Source of the DNA: Ostrea edulis
Taxonomy: Eukaryota
Direction of reading: 5' to 3'
Assembly: GCF_947568905.1 (NCBI RefSeq)
Contig: NC_079164.1
Coordinates: 84,382,001 to 84,446,000, forward strand
DNA: 64,000 bases
The position numbers and the translations under genes were made by a program. Position 1 is the first letter of the stretch, and every line of letters starts with the position of its first letter. The notes beneath the pieces were generated by a model. The model made no database searches, was not told where the DNA came from, and saw only the letters and a program-made list of their open reading frames with translations. Below are positions 12,470 through 24,310 of this stretch, one piece after another.

Positions 12470-13545
12470 GGTTGGTTATTGTTTGATGTTTTCCGCCACA
12501 CTCAACAATTTTTCAGTTATATGGTGGTGCCCAGTTTTTATATGTGGGAGAGAGAACCCAGTTACAATTAGCTGCAATAATGTAGCCCTCTCTGATTTTT
12601 TTTTTTTTTAGGGAGAGGGCTACAACTCCTTCGGATCTCCGTAATGGTGCAAATGCGGGAGTGATTCACTCCCGCAACATTTGCGCTCATTCTAAACATT
12701 TCCTGACTTTCTTTACGTAAATAAAATGATATTCTATGTTTCTTAGTCAATATATAAATTTACAACCTGCAACTTAAGATTTGTGAGGCTCGATTCTACC
12801 GTTTTCAACAATTTCGATAAATTCCAATTTCTCGATTCATATTTGTGCGCCATGTTTGATGTACTGAAGTTTCAACTTCCGATTGTCAAGTCATTTGCAT
12901 ATGCCATATAAGGTAGTATTTACATCAATGGACAAGTATGGAGGCGAAAGCTATTTCGTCGGTATTGAAAAGGTTTGAATTTAATATCAAGTTAAAAACC
13001 GAACAGCAGAGTGTAAATTCTTTCTGCAACAATATGATTTTTCTTTCTTTGTCGAAGTGGCTCGAGTAACTACATATTCGCGCTGATTGTCAATGTTTAG
13101 GTTTTTCATTAGATCCACCTACGAGATCTCGCGATAACAAGCATGGCGGAGCAGACGAAGAATTTTGCATGCTGTACATTATATTTAATGAAAAACACCT
13201 TTATTAGACATGCCCGAGCACAAAGTTGGTACTCCTTTTGGTGTAAACAACATTTGGGACTAATACACAGAGTTTATTATCGGTTATTCATAAAATTATT
13301 TTGCACCATTACGGAGATCCTATGGAATTGTAGCCCTATCCCGAAAACGTCAGAATAAAAAAAAATTGGATAGGGCTACATTAATGCAGCTAAGTTACAA
13401 TGTAACTGGGAAAAGACCACCGACCTTCCGAAAGTAAACTGGGAAACTTTCTCACTTACCGGCGCGAGCGGGATTCGAACCGGCGCCGACAGAGGTAAGA
13501 GGCCGCGTGATTTTGAGCGCGATGCTCTAACCACTCGGCCACGGT
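12470..13545 (-). mobile_element. tRNA-derived SINE split by the MITE at 12569-13392
   Basis: The minus-strand head ccgtggccgagtggttagagc...ccggttcgaatcccgc has A and B boxes (13545-13460). The body resumes across the TSD (cccagttaca.tgtaactggg) and ends in a ...gagtgtggcggaaaacatcaaacaataaccaacc tail. Confidence 0.7.
12569..13392 (+). mobile_element. Non-autonomous TIR transposon with 9-bp TSD (Mutator- or Merlin-like), copy 1
   Basis: TIRs tagctgcaataatgtagccct / agggctacattaatgcagcta; perfect TSD agttacaat at 12560-12568 and 13393-13401; near-identical inverted copy at 62777-63608. Confidence 0.9.
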
Positions 13546-13839
13546 CGATTAAAAACCATAGGACAAGTACAGGGTTAAACGAACGTGGGACGCATGAGAA
13601 ACTGCTATAACGTTTTTTCAACGTTAGACGAACGGACTTGTAACGGCCACGTGACTGACAAAACGGATATCTTATCACCCTCGCGGACATATCTCCAAAA
13701 GGAAGGTCTACAAAAATTGGGAAGGGTAAAAGTAGGGCACGAGGAAAGGCTCCATCTCCTCCCTTTGACAATGTTGGGGAAGAGCAGACCGTCCGAGATT
13801 CATAAGTAGAAATCCTGACTGAATCTAGAAAGATATCTT

Positions 13840-13985
13840 TAAGTAGCTGGCTACTATTAGCTAACTTTTCTTACTTTAATTAAGTAGCTGGCTACTAGTA
13901 GCTAACTTTTCCTGGTTCAAGTAGTTGGCTACTAGTAGCTAACTTTTCTCTTTTTAAGTAGCATGTTACTAGGTAGCTAACTTTA
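13840..13985. repeat. Four ~40-bp degenerate tandem units with the palindromic core gctactagtagc
   Basis: aagtagctggctactagtagctaacttt is repeated four times with variation. Confidence 0.7.
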
Positions 13986-15584
13986 CCAATCTCAAAACTG
14001 AAAATGGCGAAGCTCGAGTACATGAAATCTATGATACGTCTGTGTGTGGACCATTTTCTGATGACATAACAATGAAAATATAATCTATATCAAATAATGC
14101 TTTTGGATTGCGGGCCACAAAACAACTCTGCGCGGGAGTAAATCAATCTTTAAAGTCACGACCAATCAAAAATCATAAAATATTCATTTCTTGATCAATT
14201 TCAAAAAACTTTTTTTCACGCAAGAGTTTATACTTTTCTCAACTCCTGATCAGTGCGCATGTGCAAGGGGAAAACCTTTCTGAAAAACCTGATAAGGCAG
14301 TATTATTAAACGGCCTGCTTCAGTGTTGCGACGTCATATTTAACCTAATTTGCATAAATTATTCATAGTTACAAGGAACAAGGAAAGTTCTATGTGCTGC
14401 GTTGTTGAATTTTGACGTGTGTTACATAGTCTGATTTGATAACATTGCGTCTTTCGGTAAACCTTACAAGTGTACCTGCTGGGAACTCGATGAACCACCA
14501 GAGATCCGTGAAAACACACAAGATATCAACAAATCAATGTACACAACGTATCCGATAAAATAGCTCGGTGCCACGCATTGTTTGATTTCAAAAGTCAACA
14601 CATAAACATGTCCGGGATGGAAAAGGGTTTAGAATACACTGCATCTGTTTAATTGACTACTATGAATCATAATTTCCTTTAGAAAATATATAACTACAGT
14701 GTATTTCATCAGTAAATATTCCAAATATTTGTAGAGCAACTGCATTGCTAACGCAGTTCTAAGTCGAATGCTAAAATAAAGTAAATGGTACAGGGGTCAG
14801 GTTTCATCTGCTAAAACCATTGAAATCGGAAAATCGCACAAAAAATAATTGATGTCCATGCCAAACATTTTCACAAACTGTAACACACTGTGGAGGTGGG
14901 AATGGGGGTGAAGGTAGCGGTGGGTTAGAAAGTAGGGAAAATATCTGTATAATGCAAAACATTAATTGTTGGGGGTGGGGTAATTGAGAAACTCTACCCA
15001 AAAAAATAAAGGAGTCACAAATCACACACTGTAACCCCTTCCTGCTTTTAATCAATGCACTAGGTGCTATCTTATTTTTATCAGGACATTACACCTCTTG
15101 GCAATTGTGAAACGTTGAAGTACCCAACAAAACAGTCAAAATGATGTTGTTCACACAGGTGCTGTGTGCTGTCTCAAGACTGAGGGTTTCGGTATGCAAT
15201 TAGTATAATTTACTGTTCAAGACTGAGGGTTTCGGTGAGTTATCAACTGTTCAAGACTGAAGGTTTGGGTGAGTTAATTAATATGATTTAAAGTTCAAGG
15301 CTGAGGGTTGCGGTAAGTTTATTAATTGCCATTTCCCGATCTAGATTTTGCATTAAAAACTCCAAGCACGCACTAAATCTATCGTTTTATCGTGCTATTC
15401 TACATATGTTTTGATAAAATTGCGTATAACATGGGTGCACTAAAACAGGAGTATACTTATTCCCTCTAGGCACCTGAAACCACATCCGGTGTTTCAAGAC
15501 GTCCCCCTACTCATTCGAGATAGAGACATGAAAGTCGTGGTAAGGTGCACTGTGACTTGGGACCTTTATTTTAAAGGTTATATC

Positions 15585-16052
15585 AAAAGGTGAAGATAGA
15601 GAACAGTGATCTATCTCATAATTCCTTTAAGAAATAGAAAATTAAGAGTTGGCAAACACGAGCCCCCTGGATATACCAGAGATGGGGTCCTAGGTGCCTA
15701 GGAGGAGTAAGCATCCTCTGTCGACCGGTCTCACCCGCCGTGAGCGCTATATCTTGACCACGTAAACAGAGGAATCCGTAGTCAAAATCAGTATGTAAGG
15801 AACGGCCAAACAATTGGTATGAAGCAGCATTTGACCCAATGATAGGTTGTATTGGCAAACTAGATCGTTATAACGACCATAGAATTTGCGAAATGCTGAC
15901 TTCAATCGAGACTGTTGAAACCCTTGTAACATCAACTTGTTTGTCAGTTGTCTGCCTCGATTTAAAAACTGACCATACGCAGGACAAGCTCTTGCGTATC
16001 GAATGAGTTGAGAGCCAAAAACAGGAGGTGATAATGGAATATTGCTACATAA
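15585..16052 (-). mobile_element. 3' part of a Penelope-like (probable Naiad-type) retroelement
   Basis: The ORF fragment CSNIPLSPPVFGSQLIRYARAC...QGFQQSRLKSAFRKFYGRY is followed by the family 3' end (revcomp of tcttcacctttt). Confidence 0.75.
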
Positions 16053-16112
16053 AAGTCTTGTTAGTTTCACATCTAATTCCGTGTAATGAGCGAATAAACC
16101 ATCACTATCTTT

Positions 16113-19100
16113 ACTTACTTACTTAATCCTCTTCGTGCTAGAAAGCACATAAGGCCTTCACTGAGGATCGCCATCTCTGTCTGTCTGCTGCCATGTTCTG
16201 AATCCGACCCCAAGTCCATCCACACTCCTTCATCTCTTTCTCTACTGATCGCCGCCATGTTTCCTTTGGTCTCCCTCTATTTCTCTTTCCTGCTGGTGTC
16301 CATCTCATGGCGATCTTTGGGATTGATGTTGCTCCCATCCTGTGGACATGTCCGATCCATTTCCATCGTCTCATCTTGATCATCTCAGATATTGGTGATG
16401 TTGACGTTCTCTGATATAGATCTTTGTTGCTGATGGTGTTGGGCCAGAAGACCTTCAGAATCCGTCGTAGGCATTTGGTCTGGAAGACATCCAGTCTGTG
16501 GACAATACCTTTGGTCACCTTCCACGACTCGGCACCATATAGGAGGACTCCAATGATGTTACTCTTGAATATCCTGATCTTGGTCTTGATGCTGATGGCT
16601 GTTGACTTCCAGATGTTCCTCAGGCTTGCGAAGGCTGCTCTTGCTTTGGCTATTCTGCTCTCTACATCAGATGTTGAATCCCCATCGGCTGTGATCTTAC
16701 TGCCGAGGTAAACAAACTCTGAGACTTCCTCTACTACGTTGTTCCCAATAGTCACTTCTCTTTCTGTTTTGTTGTTAACTTTCATGATCTTCGTCTTTCC
16801 GGCGTTGATGTTGAGACCTATCTGGCTGCCATAATTTGCCAAGTCGGTTGTCTTCCCTTGGATGTGTTGGAAACGATGAGCCAGGAGTGCGATGTCATCT
16901 ACGAAGTCTAGATCTTCTAGAGACTTTTTAAATGTCCAAAGCAATCCCTTGTTGTTCTGACTGGTTGTCTATTTCATCACCCAGTCAATACACATCACAA
17001 AAAGTAGGGGAGATAGTAAACATCCCTGTCTCACTCCAGTCTGTAGTGGGAAGCTGTTCGTGAGGTTTGTGCCACAGATCACTCTGGCCTGGAAATCCTG
17101 ATAGAGCATCTTGATGATGGATATGATCTTGTCTGGTATTCCGTAGTGTGCCATGATCTTCCACATTGCAGGTCGATGGACACTGTCAAATGCCTTGGCG
17201 AAGTCTATGAAATTGGCATATACTGTGGCGTTCCATTCGTTACTCTGTTCCATAATCTGTCTCAATGTGAAGATATGGTCTGCGCACGACCTTCCTCTCC
17301 GAAACCCTGCCTGCTCATTCCGTAGGAGAGGGTCCACCATGTCTGTTATTCTGTTCAAGATGACTCTGCAGAGGACCTTGCTTGTGATGGACAGTAGCAT
17401 GATTCCCCTCCAGTTGTTGGTGTCTGTCAGGTCTCCTTTCTTGGGCAGCTTCACAATCAGGTAAATTTTCCATTGGCTGGGTGCTATCTCTGTCTCCCAG
17501 ATGTTCTGCAGGATATCCGTCAGTACTCTTGGTGTTACCACGTCCTCTGCTTTCAGCATCTCTGCGTGTACCTGGTCACATTCCGGTGCTTTTCCATTTT
17601 TGAGGGTCCTGATGGCTTTTGTTACCTCTTCCAGTGTTGGTTTATCAGTGTCTATATCAAGGACTTCATCCGAAGGGCTGATCTCTGCTTCTGCTGATGA
17701 GTCCTCTCTGTTGAGCACTCGTTCAAAGTGTTCCTTCCAACATGTTAGCTCCTCTTCCGTACAGCTTGTCAGTTCCCCATCCTGTTTCCTGACTGGTGTT
17801 TCTGCATTCTTGAAGCCTCCGCTGAGAGATTTAGAGATACGGTATAATGTGCCCATATCCTTTCTAGCAGCTGCATCCTCTGCATCAGTAGTTAACCTCT
17901 CTATGTAGTCCTTCTTGTCCTTCTTTGCGCTCTTCTTGACCTCTTTGTCCTGTTGAGAATATGTTCTCTTCAAGCTCTCCTTCAGCCTTGGTGACTTAGT
18001 TGACAGAAGCTTGCTCTTCGTAGCTTTTCTCCTCACAATCATATCCCAGGTTTTGGCTGATATCCATTCTTCTTTCTTCCTCCTTCTCAACCCAAGTGCC
18101 TCCTGTCCTACTTCCATCATCACTGTGTTGAAGTCATCTAGGTCGAGTTGCTGTTGATCTTGTAGCACCTCGAATCTGTTCCTGACTTTCAGCTGGAATG
18201 CTCTCATTATCACTGGATCTTTCAGGTTCTGTTGTTCCCCTTTCTTGGCTTTCCTCAACTTCAGTTTCAGCTTTGTCAGGATAAGAGAATGGTCACTTCC
18301 AGCATCAGCTCCCCGTAAAACTCTTAAATCTTGTAGTGTCCCTCTCCATCTCTTGTTTATCAGGACATGGTCTATCTGATTCCTGGTATGTCCATCTGGC
18401 GATGTCCACGTCCATTTGTGGATGTTCTTGTGCTGGAAGATGGTGCCTCCAATAACCAGGTTATTGTCCTCGCAGAAGTTGACAAGTCTGCTTCCATTGT
18501 CATTAATGATACCACATCCTTGTTTTCCCATCGCCCGTTCTTTTCCTTCGTTGTTTGTCCCAACTTTTGCATTGAGATATCCTAATAACAGAATCACGTC
18601 GTGGACTGGTGTATCTTCCACTGTCTTCTGAAGTTGGTCGTAGAATGCCTCTTTCTCTTCCTCCTCGGAGTCTTCTATAGGAGAGTAGCAGATAACGACT
18701 GTCAGCTTGGAATACTTTGAGTGAAATCTTGAAGTCAGAATCCTGTCACTCACTGGCTTCCATCCAATCATGCATCTACTGAGTCTTCTGTTGGTTATAA
18801 GACCTACTCCTCTGCTATGATGGTCATCCTTCCTTCCTGAATAAATGATGGTATGTCCCGTAGCTAGCTTCCGGGATCCACTTCCAGTCCACTTCGTTTC
18901 ACAAACTCCTAACATCTCGATGTTATTCAACTCCATCTCCTTGATGACTTGTGCTAGCCTTCCTGTTTGGTAGAGGGTGCGTACGTTCCAGCATCCAACT
19001 CTACATACGTCTTTAGGGGTGAGAACGTCTGCCGTCTGGATGTCAGTGTCCTGTCGGCTTTGGCTGTCATCCGTCATGGATCCAGTACCCTGGGTAGCGT

Positions 19101-19236
19101 CTATCCTCTCCCCAGTTCCAAGTTCCTCAGTGTTGGTTTCTGTAACGGGTTTGGTTTTTTACATGGCAGGGTTGCTGGCCCTGCGCACAACCCTCCTCCT
19201 TTCTCATCCGGGCTTGGGACCAGCCATGGCGGAGTT
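16113..19236 (-). mobile_element. Full-length RTE-clade LINE (APE endonuclease + RT) with one in-frame stop
   Basis: ORFs 19077-16969 and 16944-16138 are in the same frame, separated only by TAG at 16971-16969. Motifs: VGCWNVRTL...LGVCETKWTG, QIDHVLIN, SDHSL, QAGFRRGRS, FIDFAKAFDSV, GVRQGCLLSPLLF, LDFVDD. The 3' tail is (AAGT)n. The 13-bp TSD catcacta[t/c]cttt lies at 16100-16112 and 19237-19249. Confidence 0.92.
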
Positions 19237-19566
19237 CATCACTACCTTTGTTAGTTATCAAAAAATGTAGGCAGAGTTATAAGCTTATTTACTTTATGAT
19301 GATAAGTTAACCTGTTGTTTCCTGGCAATTGCCATCACGGCTATATCTCGGCATGACCATAAGCGAGGCTGGTTTCGAGGCTCGAAAAATTTATATGTTT
19401 ATGTCAGGGTACCGGTGCGAGTCTTCATTAAAATCCTACAACAGAAATCTCTCAAGTGAACAAAAACTCCGTCAGTTCGTTTTCATTTTCTCTTAAAACA
19501 TTTTTGTTACGCAATCCTTTGTCTTTTTAGGCTTTTATATAGAAGAAAGTCCACTGGTAGTGAAAA

Positions 19567-19692
19567 GGTTACCTGTGGGTGTCCAATAAGTTGACAATTG
19601 CTGCCCATTATTTTTAAGAATGGACAAATACTGTCCGTTCTTAAAAATAATGGACAGTAATTATCAACTTATTGGACAGTGCCAGGTAAACC
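19567..19692. repeat. ~125-bp imperfect inverted repeat
   Basis: Arms gtccaataagttgacaattgctgcccattatttttaagaatggaca / tgtccgttcttaaaaataatggacagtaattatcaacttattggac surround a 5-nt loop. Confidence 0.85.
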
Positions 19693-20310
19693 CAATAACT
19701 TAGACATCTACAGGTAGGCTGAAAATAAGAGAAAGACAATACATTTGTCAAAGAGATACAAATTTAATTTTAAAATCCTACAAGTAAGAATCAACACAAA
19801 TATCGGAAAAATCACTGAAACACTTAAAAACGATATTTCCCTTCGGTAGAATTCTCTGCTTCAACTCGTAAGATTCAAAAATTTTTAATTCCATTGGCCA
19901 TTACTATATCGCATCAAAACTTAAATTTGAAAGACACATTTCCATACTGTATTTGAATTTCGCTGGATTCAGAGGCACATTCCGAAACTTCTGCACAACG
20001 CTTTTTTATGTTTTCTTTATTTGCATATCCTAATTCTGAGTTATTATTTTCGCTTTCATGAATAATTTCATTTCACGAGATAGGTGTATTGGGTTTTTTT
20101 GGCTGGCGTTAGTTATTTCCTCATCCAAATATTCGAAAACACAATGCTTTTCAGATCAAAATTTGGCTCCATAACTTTCTCACCCTCCATATCCAGAATA
20201 TTTGCAATACTTTCACTAAAATCCTTAAATTTTGACTGTGCAATGAAAATGTTCTCCCCACCAGAGGAAGACATGTTGATATGGCTCAGTGTTATAGAAA
20301 GAGTGAATAT

Positions 20311-20395
20311 AAAACTGCCCATTCTGTGAGAGAAAGAACTGATCTCGGCCTTACGGGCCTCAATCAGTTCTTTCTCTCATAGAGTGGACAGTTTT
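20311..20395. repeat. Inverted repeat with ~33-bp arms
   Basis: Arms aaaactgcccattctgtgagagaaagaactgat / atcagttctttctctcatagagtggacagtttt. Confidence 0.85.
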
Positions 20396-20442
20396 TCGCT
20401 TATATCCTTTACTTACACACACTGAAGGTAAATAAAAGACGC

Positions 20443-21932
20443 ATAAAAATTTGCGAAATGCTAACTTTAAACGAGACTGTTCAAACCCCTGTACCATCAA
20501 CTTGTTTGTCAGTAGCTTACCTCGATTTAAAAACTGACCATACGCAGAACAAGCCTTGCGTATCGAATCAGTTGAGAGATATAAACTCCATATGCAGGTG
20601 ATAATGGAATATTGCTACATAAATTTGGGAAGTTGACGATGGAGAAGCTGAAATCATCCCGTTTGTCATAAAGTTGAGATGTTAGTTTGCCGTTAATATC
20701 TACTTTCAATAAAATATCTAATTATGAATCAGAACTTGAAGGACTCTGTGGTGTCTTTTATTTCGAGCTCACAGGGATATATCGAATCGACATATGTATG
20801 AAAGTTAATATTGTTAATGGAAAAAAAGTCGTCGATATATCTAAATGGCGAATTGAAGGACATATTTTTCCTTCTCACATAAAAGTTTCTTAACAAATTC
20901 TGCTTCATATGAATACAAAAACAGGTCAGCTAACAAAGGAGCACAATTTGTGCCCTTGGGAATTCCGTCAGACTGTTGGAAGACCTGATCACCAAAGACC
21001 ACAAAGATATTGTCAGTGAGGAACTCTGGCATATTTTTATTTCAACTTCAGAGTACTTGTGCGTGGAATCAAAGTGGTGTTTAACAAAGTAAGTTTTAGG
21101 ATGACTGATCACTAGATATGAATATTTCCGTTTTTCATTTTTGTTGAAGAAGCAACTATCTATGATTTCAAAAAGTCTAGTCTTTAATTCATCGTGAGGA
21201 ATGGTCGTGTAAAATGTTGAAAAGTCGTAGGTTTTAATGTTGATCTGAGAAAAGTTTTGCGATTTCAAGTTTGCTAAAATTTCTTTAGAATTTTTTAAAA
21301 TCCACATTTCATTTACACCACTTCTGGCATTTCTCCTTCACAGCTGTTAATATTTTCGTGAGGAGCAAAGATAAGGGCTTGATAGAGCACTTACTGGATC
21401 CAGCGATGTATCTTTGTTTGTAAAGGTTTTTATGTAGTTTAGAAATCCAGTGTAGGTACGGTAACTCATATTCATTCGACCTACCGACTGCGATACCAAA
21501 TGTGCCTAAAACTGAAGCATGGTTTTGAAGAATTTCATCTTTTGAAAGGTCAGTTGGAATATTTAGTACGATTACCAAAATTGGAGTTAATGCCAAGTTC
21601 GTCAAAGATACAGTTGTAATAATGAACCTTACAAAGAGAATGTTGTTACAAGCTTTGTCAGCTGGAACCAAAACATATTCCTCATGTAACCAATCTAATT
21701 ATTCTATCACTTCAGGTTTACTAAACACAGAAGGGTTAATGGTGCGTACTTTTGTTTTAATATGTCTAATATGTTATCAAGCTAGTATTCGTACTAAGCT
21801 ACTGGATTGTAGAGACCCTCAGGGTCTAACAGTCCACCAGCAGAGGCCTCGACCCAGATGTCATAATATAAAACTTATACGGTACGAATTTTGATGCACC
21901 AGATGCACATTTCGACAAAAAATGTCTCTTCA
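20443..21932 (-). pseudogene. Decayed Penelope-like (probable Naiad-type) RT element, the longest copy in the window
   Basis: Frameshifted fragments: LPYLHWISKLHKNLYKQRYIAGSSKCSIKPLS, IKTYDFSTFYTTIPH, QQSDGIPKGTNCAPLLADLFLYSYEAEF, LYDKRDDFSFSIVNFPNLCSNIPLSPAYGVYISQLIRYAR. A hammerhead-like remnant lies at its 5' end (~21895-21932). Confidence 0.75.
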
Positions 21933-22899
21933 TGTATTATTATTGTTCATTCATTTAATAACGTTCATCAAAGCAAAATGACTTTACTTATGACTTTTAA
22001 CACTTACAGATATATTAGCTAATTACCTCCCTTTTGAAAACAACTTTCTTTTAAAATCACACGAACAGTGCATGTATGTTCCGACTTAATGGGCAATATG
22101 CAATCTATTTCATAACAATATGTTTGCACCATTATGTCTTATCATGAACAAACAAAATTACATGAAAACACAGTAGAATATTCTTTTTATTATTCCAGAC
22201 GTGGAATAATATGTATAGATTTTACACGTAATATGACTACATACAGTAAAATCTCTAAACGAAAAGACATTTCAAACAAAGGTGCGTCACTACTTTACTC
22301 CAATACTAACAATAAATCATCCAATGTTTCTCCATCATTTAGATTTAGATTTTTACAGAAATGTAAAGCATATGTACCCAAGGATGCATTTGCCGTATGA
22401 CAAATTTGTCCGCCAACAGCACCTGGCGTGCAAAACTATATCAGCGAAGGAAAGCACTAGAAACATTACAACGAACGTGGAGAAAAAGATTTATAACATA
22501 ATTCTCCCATCACAATGAGATGCCTTTCGCAGAGAGACACATTTCTATGAAATAGGGCTTTGCGAAACATTTCTTATCAATGACTCAATGTCACATAATT
22601 CCAACTAAAAAAACGCAGAAAATCTGGTTAAAATGACAAATTGTTGCTGATATGTGTCATTAAAACAGGAACGGAGCAAAACAACTTATAAATATTCTGG
22701 AATCTCTCATGAAAAAGACTTTCAAGATAAATTTGAAATCTGCACCAAAATTCATCATGACTGGGAAAACTACAAAATCAAGAAATACATAAACCGATAG
22801 GAACATATAAAAATGAAGTTTTCCTGGCAGCTGACAGAGATCGTTTATCAACCTTCTTTGATGCAAAAACCATCATAAAAAGGAGAGTTGTAGAAAAAC

Positions 22900-24300
22900 C
22901 TAAAATAAAATAAAAGACGGGACAAAGAATGTCAGGAAACACAAAGGCAATTTAGATGACTGTCTGTTTGACCGAGAAGACTTTTTTCAAATGTATAAGA
23001 AATTTAGCACTGGGACCTCAGGTCATTTGGAGATACTAGAATCTCGGGTCATTTGCAGATACCTTAAGCTTGCTTTGATATTTGTATGTAAAGAACAAAA
23101 AGGGTATTATCTCTAGCAATGCAGATGTTTGTGAAATTAAATGGTGTGGATTGTGACAAATTCGACACTAATCAACGCATGAGTGGTCGATACTTTGTGC
23201 AGTAAATACGCAGGGCAAAGAGATAACATTATTTGAAAGTCTCTATACATACCGGTACCTCTTCTACAGCACTGAAAATCGAAATCCAAAGAAAACTAGG
23301 AAGCAAGGAATTGCACGTAGGAGAAAGGAGAGTCCCTAAAGTCACAACATCAAATATAGGATTGATGGAAATGGAAGGCTTGTTGACAAGGAGGTGGCAG
23401 CGTATGGAAAGATGGTTCCCATAGGCAAGATCATGGAAACCATGCTGGACAACCAACGAAACTATTGATTGATTGATTGTTTGTTTGTTTCACGTCCCGT
23501 CGAGAATTTTTCAATCATATTTACACGTTACCTATTGAAAACAACAGATGTAAAGGTAAAAAAAAAAAAAAAGAGTCATACTTGTATATCCGTATATACA
23601 GACTCGCGTTGGGGATTTTCAAATTTTTAAAATTTCAGTGGAGATTGACCCAGTATGAAGCAGGTCGCCAAATTGCCCCAATTACAGCTACATTTGCAGA
23701 AGAATGTCAAAGGACCATATATTTTTTATCAAATACATATTCAAAGATGAAATCTTATGAAGACAAAATCAGTCATAAATCCATCTCCGTTTTCAAACCT
23801 TAAGAAACAAGACCTTGAAAAGAATTGAGAGCCAGAGGCCATGATGTAGTACACAAAAGCAAGGGGAACTACAGGAAGAGTTGACATCAATTCTGAGAGG
23901 GGTTTAGATATCCCCAGCACTAATGACAGCAAACATTTCAAATTTGCTTCACCAATACAAGATTCCACCTTGCGAGCCCCTTCATGCTATCACAAATGTA
24001 CAAAATTTGATTATAGAACTACCATGCCATATTGAAAATTTTTCAACATAACAGGAATTTAAAAAAAATTGCCGTTTCAACGATTGAGGACAAAAATCAG
24101 CTGAAGGGGTCCGATGCTCGAGGACAAAAATCAGCTGAAGGGGTCCGATGCATAAGGACAAAAATCAGCTGAAGGGGTCCGATGCTCGCCTTTTTGCAGT
24201 CAACTTAGCCAACATGCTCACATAAAATTCTTAGAAAAACATCAGCAAAGACAGATGTGTCTATGAGCTTTGCACAACGTCAGTTAGAATTATTCCATGT
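22900..24300 (+). pseudogene. Heavily decayed DNA-transposase remnant, possibly RAG1/Transib-like
   Basis: Frameshift-joined peptides: F(S)GD.P..YEAG.Q (~23630-23680); ELRARGH...LQEELTSILRGV..PALM...YKIPPCEPLHAITN..NLIIELPCHIE (~23823-24035); KNQLKGSDARLFAV (~24090-24205). Family assignment is from recall only. Confidence 0.4.
24087..24188 (+). repeat. Triplicated 34-bp unit
   Basis: aggacaaaaatcagctgaaggggtccgatgc(tcg/ata) x3. Confidence 0.95.
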
Positions 24301-24310
24301 GTTGCAGTGA

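Noticed and set aside
13143-13358. Same MAEQTKNFACC... ORF here and at 62796-63026
   Set aside because: It is an internal sequence of the two MITE copies, has no transposase motifs, and differs in its stop position.
16944-16969. Two-ORF organisation or programmed frameshift in the RTE element
   Set aside because: Both ORFs are in the same frame and separated by a single TAG, so a nonsense mutation (or sequencing error) in a one-ORF element is simpler.
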